Both the position numbers and the translations under genes were made by a program. This document shows, piece by piece, positions 1-11,906 of a DNA stretch of 64,000 nucleotides (the stretch's first letter is position 1; each line of letters begins with the position of its first letter). The stretch spans positions 165,850,001 to 165,914,000 of the forward strand of contig OZ024742.1 of assembly GCA_964016885.1 (NCBI GenBank), in the 5' to 3' direction. The notes under the pieces are model-generated. The model searched no databases and was not told the DNA's origin. It saw only the letters and a list, made by a program, of their open reading frames with translations. Origin of the DNA: Eledone cirrhosa (Eukaryota).

Positions 1-3000
1 ACTACAGGACTACAGTAGATTATGAATACAGATATAGGTCATGTAGAAGTGTGACTGACTTCTACACATTGCTATGGTTAATCACACAACTACAGGACCT
101 AAGTAGGTTATAAATTCAGATATAGGTCATATAGCAGTGTGATTGACTTCTACACATTGCTATGGTTAATCACCCAGATATAGGTCATGTAGAACTGTGA
201 CTGACTTCTACCCATTGCTAGGGTTAATCTCCCAACAACAAGACTACAGTAGATTATGAATTCCGATATAGGTCATGTAGAACTGTGACTGACTTCTACC
301 CATTGCTATGGTTAATCATCCAGATATAGGTCATGTAGAACTGTGACTGACTTCTACTCATTGCTAGGGTTAATCACCCAACTACAGGACTATAATAGAT
401 TATGAATGCAGATATAGGTCATGTAGAACTGTGACTGACTTCTACCCATTGCTAGGGTTAATCAACCAGCTACAGGACTATAGTAGATTATGAATGCAGA
501 TTAAGGTCATGTAGAACTGTGACTGACTTCTACCCATTACTAGGGTTAATCACCCAACTACAGGACTACAGTAGATTATGAATGAAGATATAGGTCATGT
601 AGAACTGTGACTGACTTCTACCCATTGCTATGGTTAATCACCCAACTACAGGATTACAGTAGATTATGAATGCAGATGAAGGTCATGTAGAACTGTGACT
701 GACTTCTACCCATTGCTAGGGTTAATCACGCAACTAGAGGAATACAGTAGATTATGAATGCAGATATAGGTTATGTAGAACTGTAACTGACTTCTAACAA
801 TTGCTAGGGTTAATCAACCAACTACAGGACTACAGTATATTATGAATGCAGCAATAGGTGATGTAGAACTGTGACTGACTTCTACCCATTGCTAGGGTTA
901 ATCACGCAACTAGAGGAATACAGTAGATTATGAATGCAGATATAGGTCATGTAGAACTGTGACTGACTTCTAGCCATTTCTAGGGTTAATCACCCAACAA
1001 CAGGACTACAATAGATTATGAATGCAGATATAGGTCATGTAGAACTGTAACTGACTTCTAACAATTGCTAGGGTTAATCAACCAACTACAGGACTACAGT
1101 ATATTATGAATGCAGCAATAGGTCATGTAGAACTGTGACTGACTTCTACCCATTGCTAGGGTTAATCACGCAACTAGAGGAATACAGTAGATTATGAATG
1201 CAGCAATAGGTCATGTAGAACTGTGACTGACTTCTACCCATTTCTAGGGTTAATCACCCAACTACAGGACTACAGTAGATTATGAATGCAGATATAGGTC
1301 ATGTAGAACTGTTACTGAATTCTACCCATTGCTAGGGTTAATCAACCAACTACAGGACTACAGTAGATTATGAATGCTGCAATAGGTCATGTAGAACTGT
1401 GACAGACTTCTACACATTTGTAGGGTTAATCACGCAACTAGAGGAATACAGTAGATTATGAATGCAGATATAGGTCATGTAGAACTGTGACTGACTTCTA
1501 CCCATTGCTAGGGTTAATCACGCAACTACAGGACTACAGTAGATTATGAATGCAGATATAGGTCATGTAGAACTGTGACTGACTTCTACCCATTTCTAGG
1601 GTTAATCACCCAACAACAGGACTACAGCAGATTATGAATGCAGCAATAGGTCATGTAGAACTGTAACTGACTTCTACCCATTGCTAGGGTTAATCAAACA
1701 ACTACAGGACTACAGTAGATTATGAATGCAGATATAGGTCATGTAGAAGTGTGACTGACTTCTACACATTGCTATGGTTAATCACACAACTACAGGACCT
1801 AAGTAGGTTATGAATGCAGATACAGGTAATGTAGAACTGTGACTAACTTCTACCCATTGCTATGGTTAATCACCCAACTACAGGACTACAGTAGATTATA
1901 AATTCAGATATGGGTCATGTAGAACTGTGACTGACTTCTACCCATTGCTATGGTTAATCACCCAACTACAGGAATACAGTAGATTATGAATGCAGCAATA
2001 GGTCATGTAGAACTGTGACTGACTTCTACCCATTGCTAGGGTTGATCACGCAACTAGAGGAATTCAGTAGATTAAGAATGCAGATATAGGTCATGTAGAA
2101 CTGTGACTGACTTCTAACCATTTCTAGAGTTAATCACCCAACAACAGGAATACAATAGATTATGAATGAATATACAGGTCATGTAGAACTTTGACTGACT
2201 TCCACCCATTGCTAGGGTTAATCACCCAACAACAGCACTACAGTAGATTATGAATGCAGCAATAGGACATGTAGAAGTGTGACTGACTTCTACACGTTGC
2301 TAGGGTTAATCACCCAACTACAGGACTAGAGTAGCTTATGAATTCCGATGTAGGTCATGTAGAACTATGTCTGACTTCTACCCATTGCTAGGGTTATCAC
2401 CCAACTACAGGACTACAGCAGATTATGAATGCAGAAATAGGTCATGTAGAAGTGTGACTGACTTCTACACATTGCTATGGTTAATCACCCAACTACAGGT
2501 CTACAGTAGATTATGAATGCAGATATAGGTCATGTAGCAGCGTGATTGTCTTCTACACATTGCTATGGTTAATCACACAACTACAGCACCTAAGTAGGTT
2601 ATGAATGCAGATAGAGGTAATGTAGAACTGTGACTGACTTCTACCCATTGCTATGGTTAATCACCCAACTACAGGACTACAGTAGATTATGAATGCAAAT
2701 ATAGGTCATGTAGAAGTGTGACTGACTTCTACACATAGCTATGGTTAATAACCCAGATATAGGTAACGTAGAACTGTGACGGACTTCTACCCATTGCTAT
2801 GGTTAATCACCCAACTACAGGACTACAGTAGATTATAAATTCAGATATGGGTCATGTAGAACTGTGACGGACTTCTACCCATTGCTATGGTTAATCACCC
2901 AACTACAGGTCTACAGTAGATTATGATTGCAGATATGGGTCATATAGCAGTGTGATTTACTTCTACACATTGCTATGGTTAATCACACAACTACAGGACC

Positions 3001-6000
3001 TAAGTAGGTTATGAATGCATATATATGTCATGTAGAACTTTGACTGACTTCTATCCATTGCTAGGGTTAATTACGCACCTACAGCACTACAGTAGATTAT
3101 GAATGCAAATATAGGTCATGTAGAAGTGTGACTGACTTCTACACATTGCTATGGTTAATAACCCAACTACAGGACTACAGTAGATTATGAATGCAGATAT
3201 AGGTCATGTAGAACTGTGACTGACTTCTACCCATTGCTAGGGTTAATCAACAAACTACAGGACTACAGTAGATTATGAATCTAGATATAGGTCATGTAGA
3301 ACTGTGAGTGACTTCTACCCATTGCTAGGGTTAATCACGCAACTACAGAACTACAGTAGATTATGAATGCAGATATAGGTCATGTAGAACTGTGACTGAC
3401 TTCTACCCATTGCTATGGTTAATCACCCAACTACAGGACTACAGTAGATTATGAATGCAGATATAGGTCATACAACAGTGTGATTGACTTCTACACATTG
3501 CTATGGTTAATCACACAACTACAGATTATGAATGCATATATAGGTCATGTAGAACTTTGACTGACTTCTATCCATTGCTTGGGTTAATCATGCAACTACA
3601 GCACTACAGTAGATTATGAATGCAGATATAGGTCATGTAGAACTGTGACTGACTTCTACCCATTGCTAGGGTTAATCAACCAACTACAGGACTACAGTAG
3701 ATTATTAATGCAGCAATAGGTCATGTAGAACTGTGACTAACTTCTACCCATTGCTAGGGTTAATCACGCAACTAGAGGAATACAGTAGATTATGAATGCA
3801 GATATAGGTCATGTATGTAGAACTGTGACTGACTTCTACCCATTGCTAGGGTTAATCACGCAACTACAGGACTACAGTAGATTATGAATGAAACAATAGG
3901 TCATGTAGAACTGTGACTGACTTCTACCCATTTCTAGGGTTAATCACGCAACAACAGGACTACAATAGATTATGAATGCACAATAGGTCATGTAGAACTG
4001 TGACTGACTTCTACCCATTGCTAGGGTTAATCACGCAACTACAGGACTACAGTAGATTATGAATGAAACAATAGGTCATGTAGAACTGTGACTGACTTCT
4101 ACCCATTTCTAGGGTTAATCACGCAACAACAGGACTACAATAGATTATGAATGCACAATAGGTCATGTAGAACTGTGACTGACTTCTACACATTTGTAGG
4201 GTTAATCACCCAACTACAGGACTACAGTAGATTATGAATGCAGATATAGGTCATGTAGAACTGTGACTGACTTCTACCCATTGCTATGGTTAATCACCCA
4301 ACTACAGGACTACAGTAGATTATGAATGCAGATATGGGTCATATAGCAGTGTGATTGAATTCTACACATTGCTATGGTTAATCACACAACTACAGGACCT
4401 AAGTAGGTTATCAATTGAGATATACATCATGTAGAAGTGTGACTGACTTCTACACATATCTAGGGTTAATAACCCAGATATAGGTAACGTAGAACTGTGG
4501 ACTGACTTCTACCCATTGCTAGGGTTAATCACCCAACTACAGGACTACAGTAGATTATGAATTCCGATATAGGTCATGTAGAAGTGTGACTGACTTCTAC
4601 CCATTGCTCTGGGTAATCACTCAACTACAGGACTACAGTAGATTATGAATTAAGAAAAAGGTCATGTAGAACTGTGACTGACTTCTAGCCATTTCTAGGG
4701 TTAATCACCCAAATACAGGACTATAGTAGATTATGAATGCAGATATAGGTCATGTAGAACTGTAACTGACTTCTACCCATTGCTATGGTTAATCACCCAA
4801 CTACAGGACTACAGTAGATTATGAATGCAGATATAGGTCCTTAGAACTGTGACTGACTTCTACCCATTGCTATGATTAATCACCCAACTGCAGGACTACA
4901 ATAGATTATGAATGCAGATATAGGTCATGTAGCAGTGTGATTGACTTCTACACATTGCTATGGTTAATCACCCAACTGCAGGACTACAGTAGATTATGAT
5001 TGCAGATATAGGTCATGTAGCAGTGTGATTGACTTCTACACATTGCTATGGTTAATCACACAACTACACGACCTAAGTAGGTTATGAATGCATATATATG
5101 TTATGTAGAACTTTGACTGACTTCTATCCATTGCTAGGGTTAATTACGCACCTACAGCACTACAGTAGATTATGAATGCAAATATAGGTCATGTAGAAGT
5201 GTGACTGATTTCTGCACATTGCTATGGTTAATAACCCAGATATAGGTAACGTAGAATTGTGACTGACTTCTACCCATTGCTATGGTTAATCACCCACCTA
5301 CAGGACTACAGTAGATTATGAATGCAGATATAGGTCATGTAGCAGTGTGATTGACTTCTACACATTGCTATGGTTAATCACACAACAACAGGACCTAAGT
5401 AGGTTATGAATGCATATATAGGTCATGTAGAACGTTGACTGACTTCTATCCATTGCTAGGTTTAATCACGCAACTACAGCACTACAGTAGATTATGAATG
5501 CAAATATAGGTCATGTAGAAGTGTGACTGACTTCTACACATTGCTATGGTTAATAACCCAGATATAGGTAACGTAGAACTGTGACTGACTTCTACCCATT
5601 GCTATGGTTAATCACCCAACTACAGAACTACAGTAGATTATAAATGCGGATATGGGTCATGTAGAACTGTGACTGACTTCTTCCCATTGCTAGGGTTAAT
5701 CACCCAACTACAGGACTACAGTAGATTATGAATGCAGCAATAGATCATGTAGAACTGTTACTGACTTCTACCCATTCCTAGGGTTAATCAACCAACTACA
5801 GGATTACAGTAGATTATGAATGCAGCAATAAGTCATGTAGAACTGTGACTGATTTCTACACATTTCTAGGGTTAATCACCCAACTACAGGACTACAGTAG
5901 ATTATGAATGCAGATATAGATCCTATAGAACTGTGACTGACTTCTACCCATTGCTATGGTTAATCACCCAACTACAGGACAACAGTAGATTATTAATGCA

Positions 6001-9000
6001 GATATAGGTCATGTAGCAGTGTGATTGACTTCTACACATTGCCATGGTTAATCACACAACTACAGGACTACAGTAGATTATGAATGCAGATATGTGTCAT
6101 ATAGCAGTGTGATTGATTTCTACACAATGCTATGGTTAATCACACAACTACAGGACCTAAGTAGGTTATGAATGCAGATATAGGTCATTTAGAAGTGTGA
6201 CTGACTTCTACACATTGCTATGGTTAATAACCCAGATATAGGTAACGTAGAACTGTGACTGACTTCTACCTATTGCTAGGGTTAATCACCCACCTACAGG
6301 ACTACAGTAGATTATGAATGCAGATATAGGTCATGTAGAACTGTGACTGACTTCTACCAATTGCTAGGGTTAATCACGCAACTACAGGACTACAGAAGAT
6401 TAAGAATGCAGATATAGGTCATACAGCAGTGTGATTAACTTCTACACATTGCTATGGTTAATCACACAACTACAGATTATGAATGCATATATAGGTCATG
6501 TAGAACTTTGACTGATTTCTATCCATTGCTAGGGTTAATCACGCAACTACAGCACTACAGTAGATTATTAATGCAGATATGGGTCATATAGCAGTGTGAT
6601 TGATTTCTACACAATGCTATGGTTAATCACACAACTAGAGGAATACAGTAGATTATGAATGCAGATATAGGTCATGTAGAACTGTGACTGACTTCTACCC
6701 ATTGCTAAGGTTATTCACGCAACTACAGGTCTACAGTAGATCATGAATGCAGCAATAGGTCATGTAGAACTGTGACTGATTTCTACCCATTGCTATGGTT
6801 AATAACCCAACTACAGGACTATAGTAGATTATGAATGCAGATATAGGTCATACAGACTTCTACACATAGCTATGGTTAATCACACAACTACTGATTATGA
6901 ATGCATATATAGGTCATGTAGAACTTTGACTGACTTCTATCCATTGCTAGGGTTAATAACCCAGATATAGGTAACGTAGAACTGTGACTGACTTCTACCC
7001 ATTGCTAGGGTTAATCACCCAACTCCAGGACTACAGTAGATTATGAATTCCGATATAGGTCATGTAGATCTGTGACTGACTTCTACCCATTGCTATGGTT
7101 AATCACCCAACTACAGGACTACAATAGATTATGAATGCAGATATGTGTCATGTAGAACTGTGACTGACTTCTACCCATTGCTATGGTTAATCACCCAACT
7201 ACAGGGCTACAGTAGATTATAAATGCAGCAATAGGTCATGTAGAAGTGTGACTGACTTCTAAACATTGCTATGGTTAATCACCCGGATATAGGTCATGTA
7301 GAACTGTGACTGACTTCTACTCATTGTTAGGGTTAATCACCCAACTACAGGACTTCAGTAGATTATGAATGCAGATATAGGTCATGTAGATCTGTGACTG
7401 ACTTCTACCCATTGCTATAGTTAATCACCCAACTACAGGACTACAATAGATTATGAATGCAGCAATAGGTCATGTAGAACTGTGACTGACTTCTACCCAT
7501 TGCTAAGGTTAATCAACCAACTACAGGACTACAGTAGATTATGAATGCAGCAATAGGTCATGTAAAAGTGTGACTGACTTCTACACATTGCTATGGTTAA
7601 TCACCCGGATATAGGTAATGTAGAACTGTGACTGACTTCTACACATTGCTAGGATTAATCGCCCAACTACAGGACTACAGTAGATTATGAATGCAGCAAT
7701 AGATCATGTAGAACTCTTACTGATTTCTACCCATTGCTAGGGTTAATAAACCAGCTACAGGACTACAGTAGATTATTAATGCAGATATGGGTCATATAGC
7801 AGTGTGATTGACTTCTACACATTGCTATGGTTAATCACACAACTACAGGACCTAAGTAGGTTATGAATGCAGATATAGGTCATGTAGAAGTGTGACTGAC
7901 TTCTACACATATCTAGGGTTAATAACCCAGATATAGGTAACGTAGAACTGTGGACTGACTTCTACCCATTGCTAGGGTTAATCACCCAACTACAGGACTA
8001 CAGTAGATTATGAATGCACAATAGTTCATGTAGAACTGTGACTGACTTCAACCCATTGCTAGGGTTAATCACGCAACTACAGGACTACAGTAGATTATGA
8101 ATGCAGAAATAGGTCATGTAGAACTGTGACTGACTTCTAGCCATTTCTAGGGTTAATCACCCAACTACAGGACTACAGTAGATTATGAATGCAGATATAG
8201 GTCATGTAGCAGTATGATTGACTTCTACAGATTGCCATGGTTAATCACACAACTACAGGACTACAGTAGATTATGAATGCAGATATGGGTCATATAGCAG
8301 TGTGATTGATTTCTACACAATGCTATGGTTAATAACCCAGATATAGGTAGCGTAGAACTGTGACTGACTTCTACACATTGCTAGGGTTAATCACCCACCT
8401 ACAGCACTACAGTAGATTATGAATGCTGATATAGGTCATGTATAACTGTGACTGACTTCTACCCATTGCTGGGGTTAATCAACCAACTACAGTACTACAG
8501 TAGATTATGAATGCAGATATAACTCATGTAGAACTGTGACTGACTTCTACCCATTGCTAGGGTTAATCACGCAACTAGAAGAATACAGTAGATTATGAAT
8601 GCAGATATATTTCATGTAGCACTGTAACTGACTTCTACCCATTGCTAGGGTTAATCACGCAACTACAGGACTACAGTAGATTATGAATGCAGCAATAGGT
8701 CATGTAGAACTGTGACTGACTTCTACCCATTGCTAGGGTTAATCACGCAACTACAGCACTACAGTAGATTATGAATGCAGATATGGGTCATATAGCAGTG
8801 TGATTGATTTCTACACAATGCTATGGTTAATCACACAACTACAGGACCTAAGTAGGTTATGAATGCAAATATAGGTCATGTAGAAGTGTGACTGACTTCT
8901 ACACATTGATATGGTTAATAACCCAGATATAGGTAACGTAGAACTGTGAGTGACTTCTACCCATTGCTAGGGTTAATCACCCAACTACAGGACTACAGTA

Positions 9001-9925
9001 GATTATGAATTCCAATATAGATCATGTAGAACTGTGATTGACTTCTACCCATTGCTATGGTTAATCACGCAACTACAGGACTACAGTAGATTATGAATGC
9101 AGATATAGGTCCTGTAGAACTGTGACTGACTTCTACCCATTGCTAGTGTTAATCAACCAACTACAGGACTATAGTAGATTATGAATGCAGATATAGGTCA
9201 TGTAGAACTGTGATTGACTTCTACCCATTGCTATGGTTAATCACCCAACTACAGGACTACAGTAGATTATGAATGCAGATATAGGTCATGTAGAACTGTG
9301 ACTGACTTCTACCCATTACTAGGGTTAATCACACAACTACAGGACTACAGTAGATTATGAATGCAGATATAGGTCATGTAGAACTGTGAATGACTTCTAC
9401 CCATTTCTAGGGTTAATCACCCAACAACAGGAATACGATAAATTATGAATGCACAATAGGTCATGTAGAACTGTGACTGACTTCTACCCATTTCTAGGGT
9501 TAATCACACAACTACAGGACTATAGTAGATTATGAATGCAGATATAGGTCATGTAGAACTGTGACTGATTTCTACCCATTGCTATGGTTAATCACCCAAC
9601 TACAGGATTACAGTATATTATGAATGCAGATATAGGTCATGTAGAAGTGTGACCGACTTCTGCACATTGCTATGGTTAATAACCCAGATATAGGTAACGT
9701 AGAACTGTGACTGACATCTACACATTGCTATGGTTAATCACCCAGATATAGGTCATGTAGAACTGTGACTGACTTCTACTCATTGCTAGGGTTAATCACC
9801 CAACTACAGGACTACAGTAGATTATGAATACAGATATAGGTCATGTAGAACTGTGACTGACTTCTACCCATTGCTATGGTTAATCACCCAACTACAGCAT
9901 TACAGTAGATTATGAATGCAGATAT
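1..9925. repeat. 88-bp tandem satellite; consensus ACTACAGGACTACAGTAGATTATGAATGCAGATATAGGTCATGTAGAACTGTGACTGACTTCTACCCATTGCTAGGGTTAATCACCCA, interspersed with 58-bp deletion monomers
   Basis: ACTACAGGAC recurs at 1 and 89 and at 1261 and 1349 (period 88). GATATAGG at 119 and 177 gives the 58-bp form. The head-to-tail array runs from the window start and stops mid-monomer at 9925. Confidence 0.97.
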
Positions 9926-9962
9926 TTAATTCAATTTAATTTAATTTAATTTAATTTAATTT

Positions 9963-10050
9963 AGGGGAGATAATCGAACCAAGGGGAGATAATCGAGCCA
10001 AGGGGAGATAATCGAGTCAAGGGGAGATAATCGAGCCAAGGGTAGATAAT
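9963..10050 (+). repeat. 19-bp tandem repeat AAGGGGAGATAATCGAGCC, 5 cores (cassette 1)
   Basis: G-runs start at 9964, 9983, 10002, 10021 and 10040. The minus-strand ORF peptide has a 19-aa period, equal to 3 x 19 bp. Confidence 0.95.
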
Positions 10051-10060
10051 TTAATTTAAT

Positions 10061-10110
10061 ACCCGGAAATAACCGGAAATACGCGGAAATACCCAGAAAC
10101 ACCCGGAAAT
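10061..10110 (+). promoter_or_regulatory. Five 10-bp repeats (ACCCGGAAAT-like) carrying ETS-type CCGGAA/CGGAAA cores
   Basis: Sequence reads acccggaaat aaccggaaat acgcggaaat acccagaaac acccggaaat; equivalent blocks at 11098-11147 and 12269-12308. The repeat is seen directly; ETS binding is a motif-match inference. Confidence 0.4.
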
Positions 10111-10118
10111 AGCCCAGC

Positions 10119-10420
10119 GTGCATTGCGCATGCGCCAATGTTGGACAGCACTGCGCATGTGCTAAGGGTGGACCGTAGTTCGCATGCACGAATGTCGAAC
10201 CGCACAGCGCATGCGCGAATGTTGGACGGCATTGCGCATGCGCTAAGGTTGGACCATAGTGCGCATGCGCGAAAGTTGGACCGTAGTGCCCATGCGATAA
10301 GGATGGACTGTACTGCGCATGCGCAGTGCTGTCCAAACTTGGCGCATGCGCAGTGCCGTACAACCTTCCCACATGTACAGTACGGTCCAATTTTCGCGCA
10401 TGCGCACTACGGTCCAACCT
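10119..10420. repeat. 27-bp tandem repeat with palindromic GCGCATGCGC (NRF1/Ewg/P3A2-type motif), 11 motifs, orientation inverted at 10312-10327
   Basis: Motif starts at 10126 + 27n up to 10396, and the ORF peptides have a 9-aa period (AHA...). Units read AAGGTTGGACCGTAGT-GCGCATGCGC before the centre and the reverse complement after it. Confidence 0.92.
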
Positions 10421-10428
10421 CGAAACCA

Positions 10429-10540
10429 GTTTCGTTTCGTTTGGTTTTTTAGGTCCCCCAATTTCGTCTCCTTTCGGTTTTTTATGTTCCTCGGGTTCGT
10501 TTGATTTGATTTTTTTAGGTTTCGTTTCGTTTGTTTTTTT
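10429..10540 (+). repeat. ~32-bp T-rich repeat TTTCGTTTCGTTTGGTTTTTTAGGTTCCCCGG ending in a T-run (right-hand module of every closed cassette)
   Basis: 3-5 degenerate units here, at 11412-11558 and at 12627-12771; about 2.5 units close each type II cassette. Confidence 0.85.
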
Positions 10541-10904
10541 AAATTATATTAAATTAAATTAAATTAAATTAAATTAAATTAAATTAAATTAAATTAAATT
10601 AAATTAAATTAAATTGAATTAAATTAAATTAAATTAAATTAAATTAAATTAAATTAAATTAAATTAAATTAAATTAAAATGAATTAACATAATTAATTAA
10701 TTAATTAAAGAAAGTAATTAATAAAAAAAAATAAAAATAAATAAAATAAAATAAATTTAATTAATTAATTGATTAATTAAATAATTAATTAATTTAATTA
10801 ATTTGATTTAATTTAATTTAATGTAATTTAATTTAATTTAATTTAATCTAATTTAATTTAATTTAATTTAATTTAATTTAATTTAATTTAATTTAATTTT
10901 GTTT
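10541..10904. repeat. AT-only spacer: (AAATT)n ... (TAAT)n/A-tracts ... (AATTT)n
   Basis: (AAATT)n at 10541-10678 and (AATTT)n at ~10801-10900 are reverse complements. Related spacers separate all cassettes up to 23067. Confidence 0.95.
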
Positions 10905-11558
10905 ATGGGAGATAATCGAGCCAAGGGGAGATAATCGAGTCAAGAGGAGATAATCGAGCCAAGGGGAGATAATCGAGCCAATGGGAGATAATCGAGCCAA
11001 GGGGAGATAATCGAGCCAAGGAGAGATAATCGAGCCAAGGAGAGATAATCGAACCAAGGGGAGATAATGGAGCCAAGGGGAGATTATTTAATTTAATACC
11101 CAGAAATAACCGGAAATACGCGGAAATACCCAGAAACACCCGGAAATAGCCCACTGTGCACTGCGCAGGCGCTAAAATTGGACCGTAGTGTGCATGCGCG
11201 AAGGTCGGACCGTACTGCGCATGCGCGAATGTCGAACCGCACAGCGCATACGCGAAGGTTGGACCGTAGTGCGCATGCGGTAAGGATGGACGGTACTGCG
11301 CATGCGTAGTGCTGTCCAAATTTGGCGCATTCGCAGTGCGGTACAACCTTCGTACATGTGCAGTACGGACCATTTTTCGTGCATGCGCACTAAGGTCCGA
11401 TCTGGAAACCAGTTTCGTTTCGTTTGGTTTTTTAGGTTCCTCGATTTCGTCTCCTTTCGGTTTTTTAGGTTCCCCGGTTTCGATTCGTTTCATTTCTTAG
11501 GTTCGCCAGTTTCATTTCGTTTGTTTTTTTCAGGTACCCTGGTTTCGTTTCGTTTTTT
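10905..11558. mobile_element. Modular cassette type I, copy 2 core (10 x 19-mer cores, 5 x 10-mer, 9 x 27-mer motifs, T-rich block)
   Basis: 19-mer cores at 10906-11077, 10-mers at 11098-11147, 27-mer motifs at 11163 + 27n with the inversion centre at 11298. Confidence 0.5.
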
Positions 11559-11906
11559 AAATTAAATAAATTAAATTAAATTAAATTAAATTAAATAAAA
11601 TTAAATTAAATTATATTAAATTAAATTAAAATGAATTAAATTTATTTTATTTTATTTTTTTTTTTTTTTATTAATTACTTTATTAAGTAATTAATTATGT
11701 AATTAATTAATTAATTAATTAATTAATAAAGTAATTAATAAAAAAAAATAAAAAAATATAAAATGAAATAAATTTAATTGATTAATTAAATAATTAATTA
11801 ATTAATTAATTAAATAATTAATTAATTAAATTAATTAAATTAATTTGATTTAATTTAATTTAATTTAATTTAATTTAATTTAATTTAATTTAATTTAATT
11901 CAATTT
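11559..11906. repeat. Palindromic AT-rich spacer (~350 bp imperfect palindrome)
   Basis: TTATTAATTACTTTATTAA (11668-11686) is the reverse complement of TTAATAAAGTAATTAATAA (11723-11741). T-tract/A-tract and (AAATT)n/(AATTT)n arms extend the symmetry outward. Confidence 0.88.

Larger units (their letters stand above)
9926..10678. mobile_element. Modular cassette type I, copy 1 (putative non-autonomous foldback/MITE-like element); core 9963-10540 flanked by (AATTT)n and (AAATT)n
   Basis: The same ordered module set recurs at 10905-11558 and 11907-12771, and the flanking pentamer arrays are reverse complements of each other. Mobility is inferred only: no transposase or target-site duplication is visible. 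Confidence 0.5.

Noticed and set aside
1-9925. Telomere-like TAGGGTTA in the 88-bp monomer, and TTTAGGG at cassette starts
   Set aside because: These are single isolated occurrences, often mutated to TATGGTTA and never tandem. TTTAGGG is simply the junction of (AATTT)n with AGGGG.
1-9925. Possible satellite-encoded hammerhead ribozyme or tRNA-derived monomer
   Set aside because: The consensus has no CTGANGA plus GAAA catalytic core on either strand, and no recognisable cloverleaf or A/B boxes. An Infernal/Rfam scan would be the definitive test.
10420-10460. Hairpin CGAAAC-CA-GTTTCG followed by T-rich sequence, resembling an intrinsic terminator
   Set aside because: The stem is short with a 2-nt loop, there is no upstream gene, and the context is eukaryotic repeat DNA. 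It is better explained as the edge of the TTTCG repeat block.
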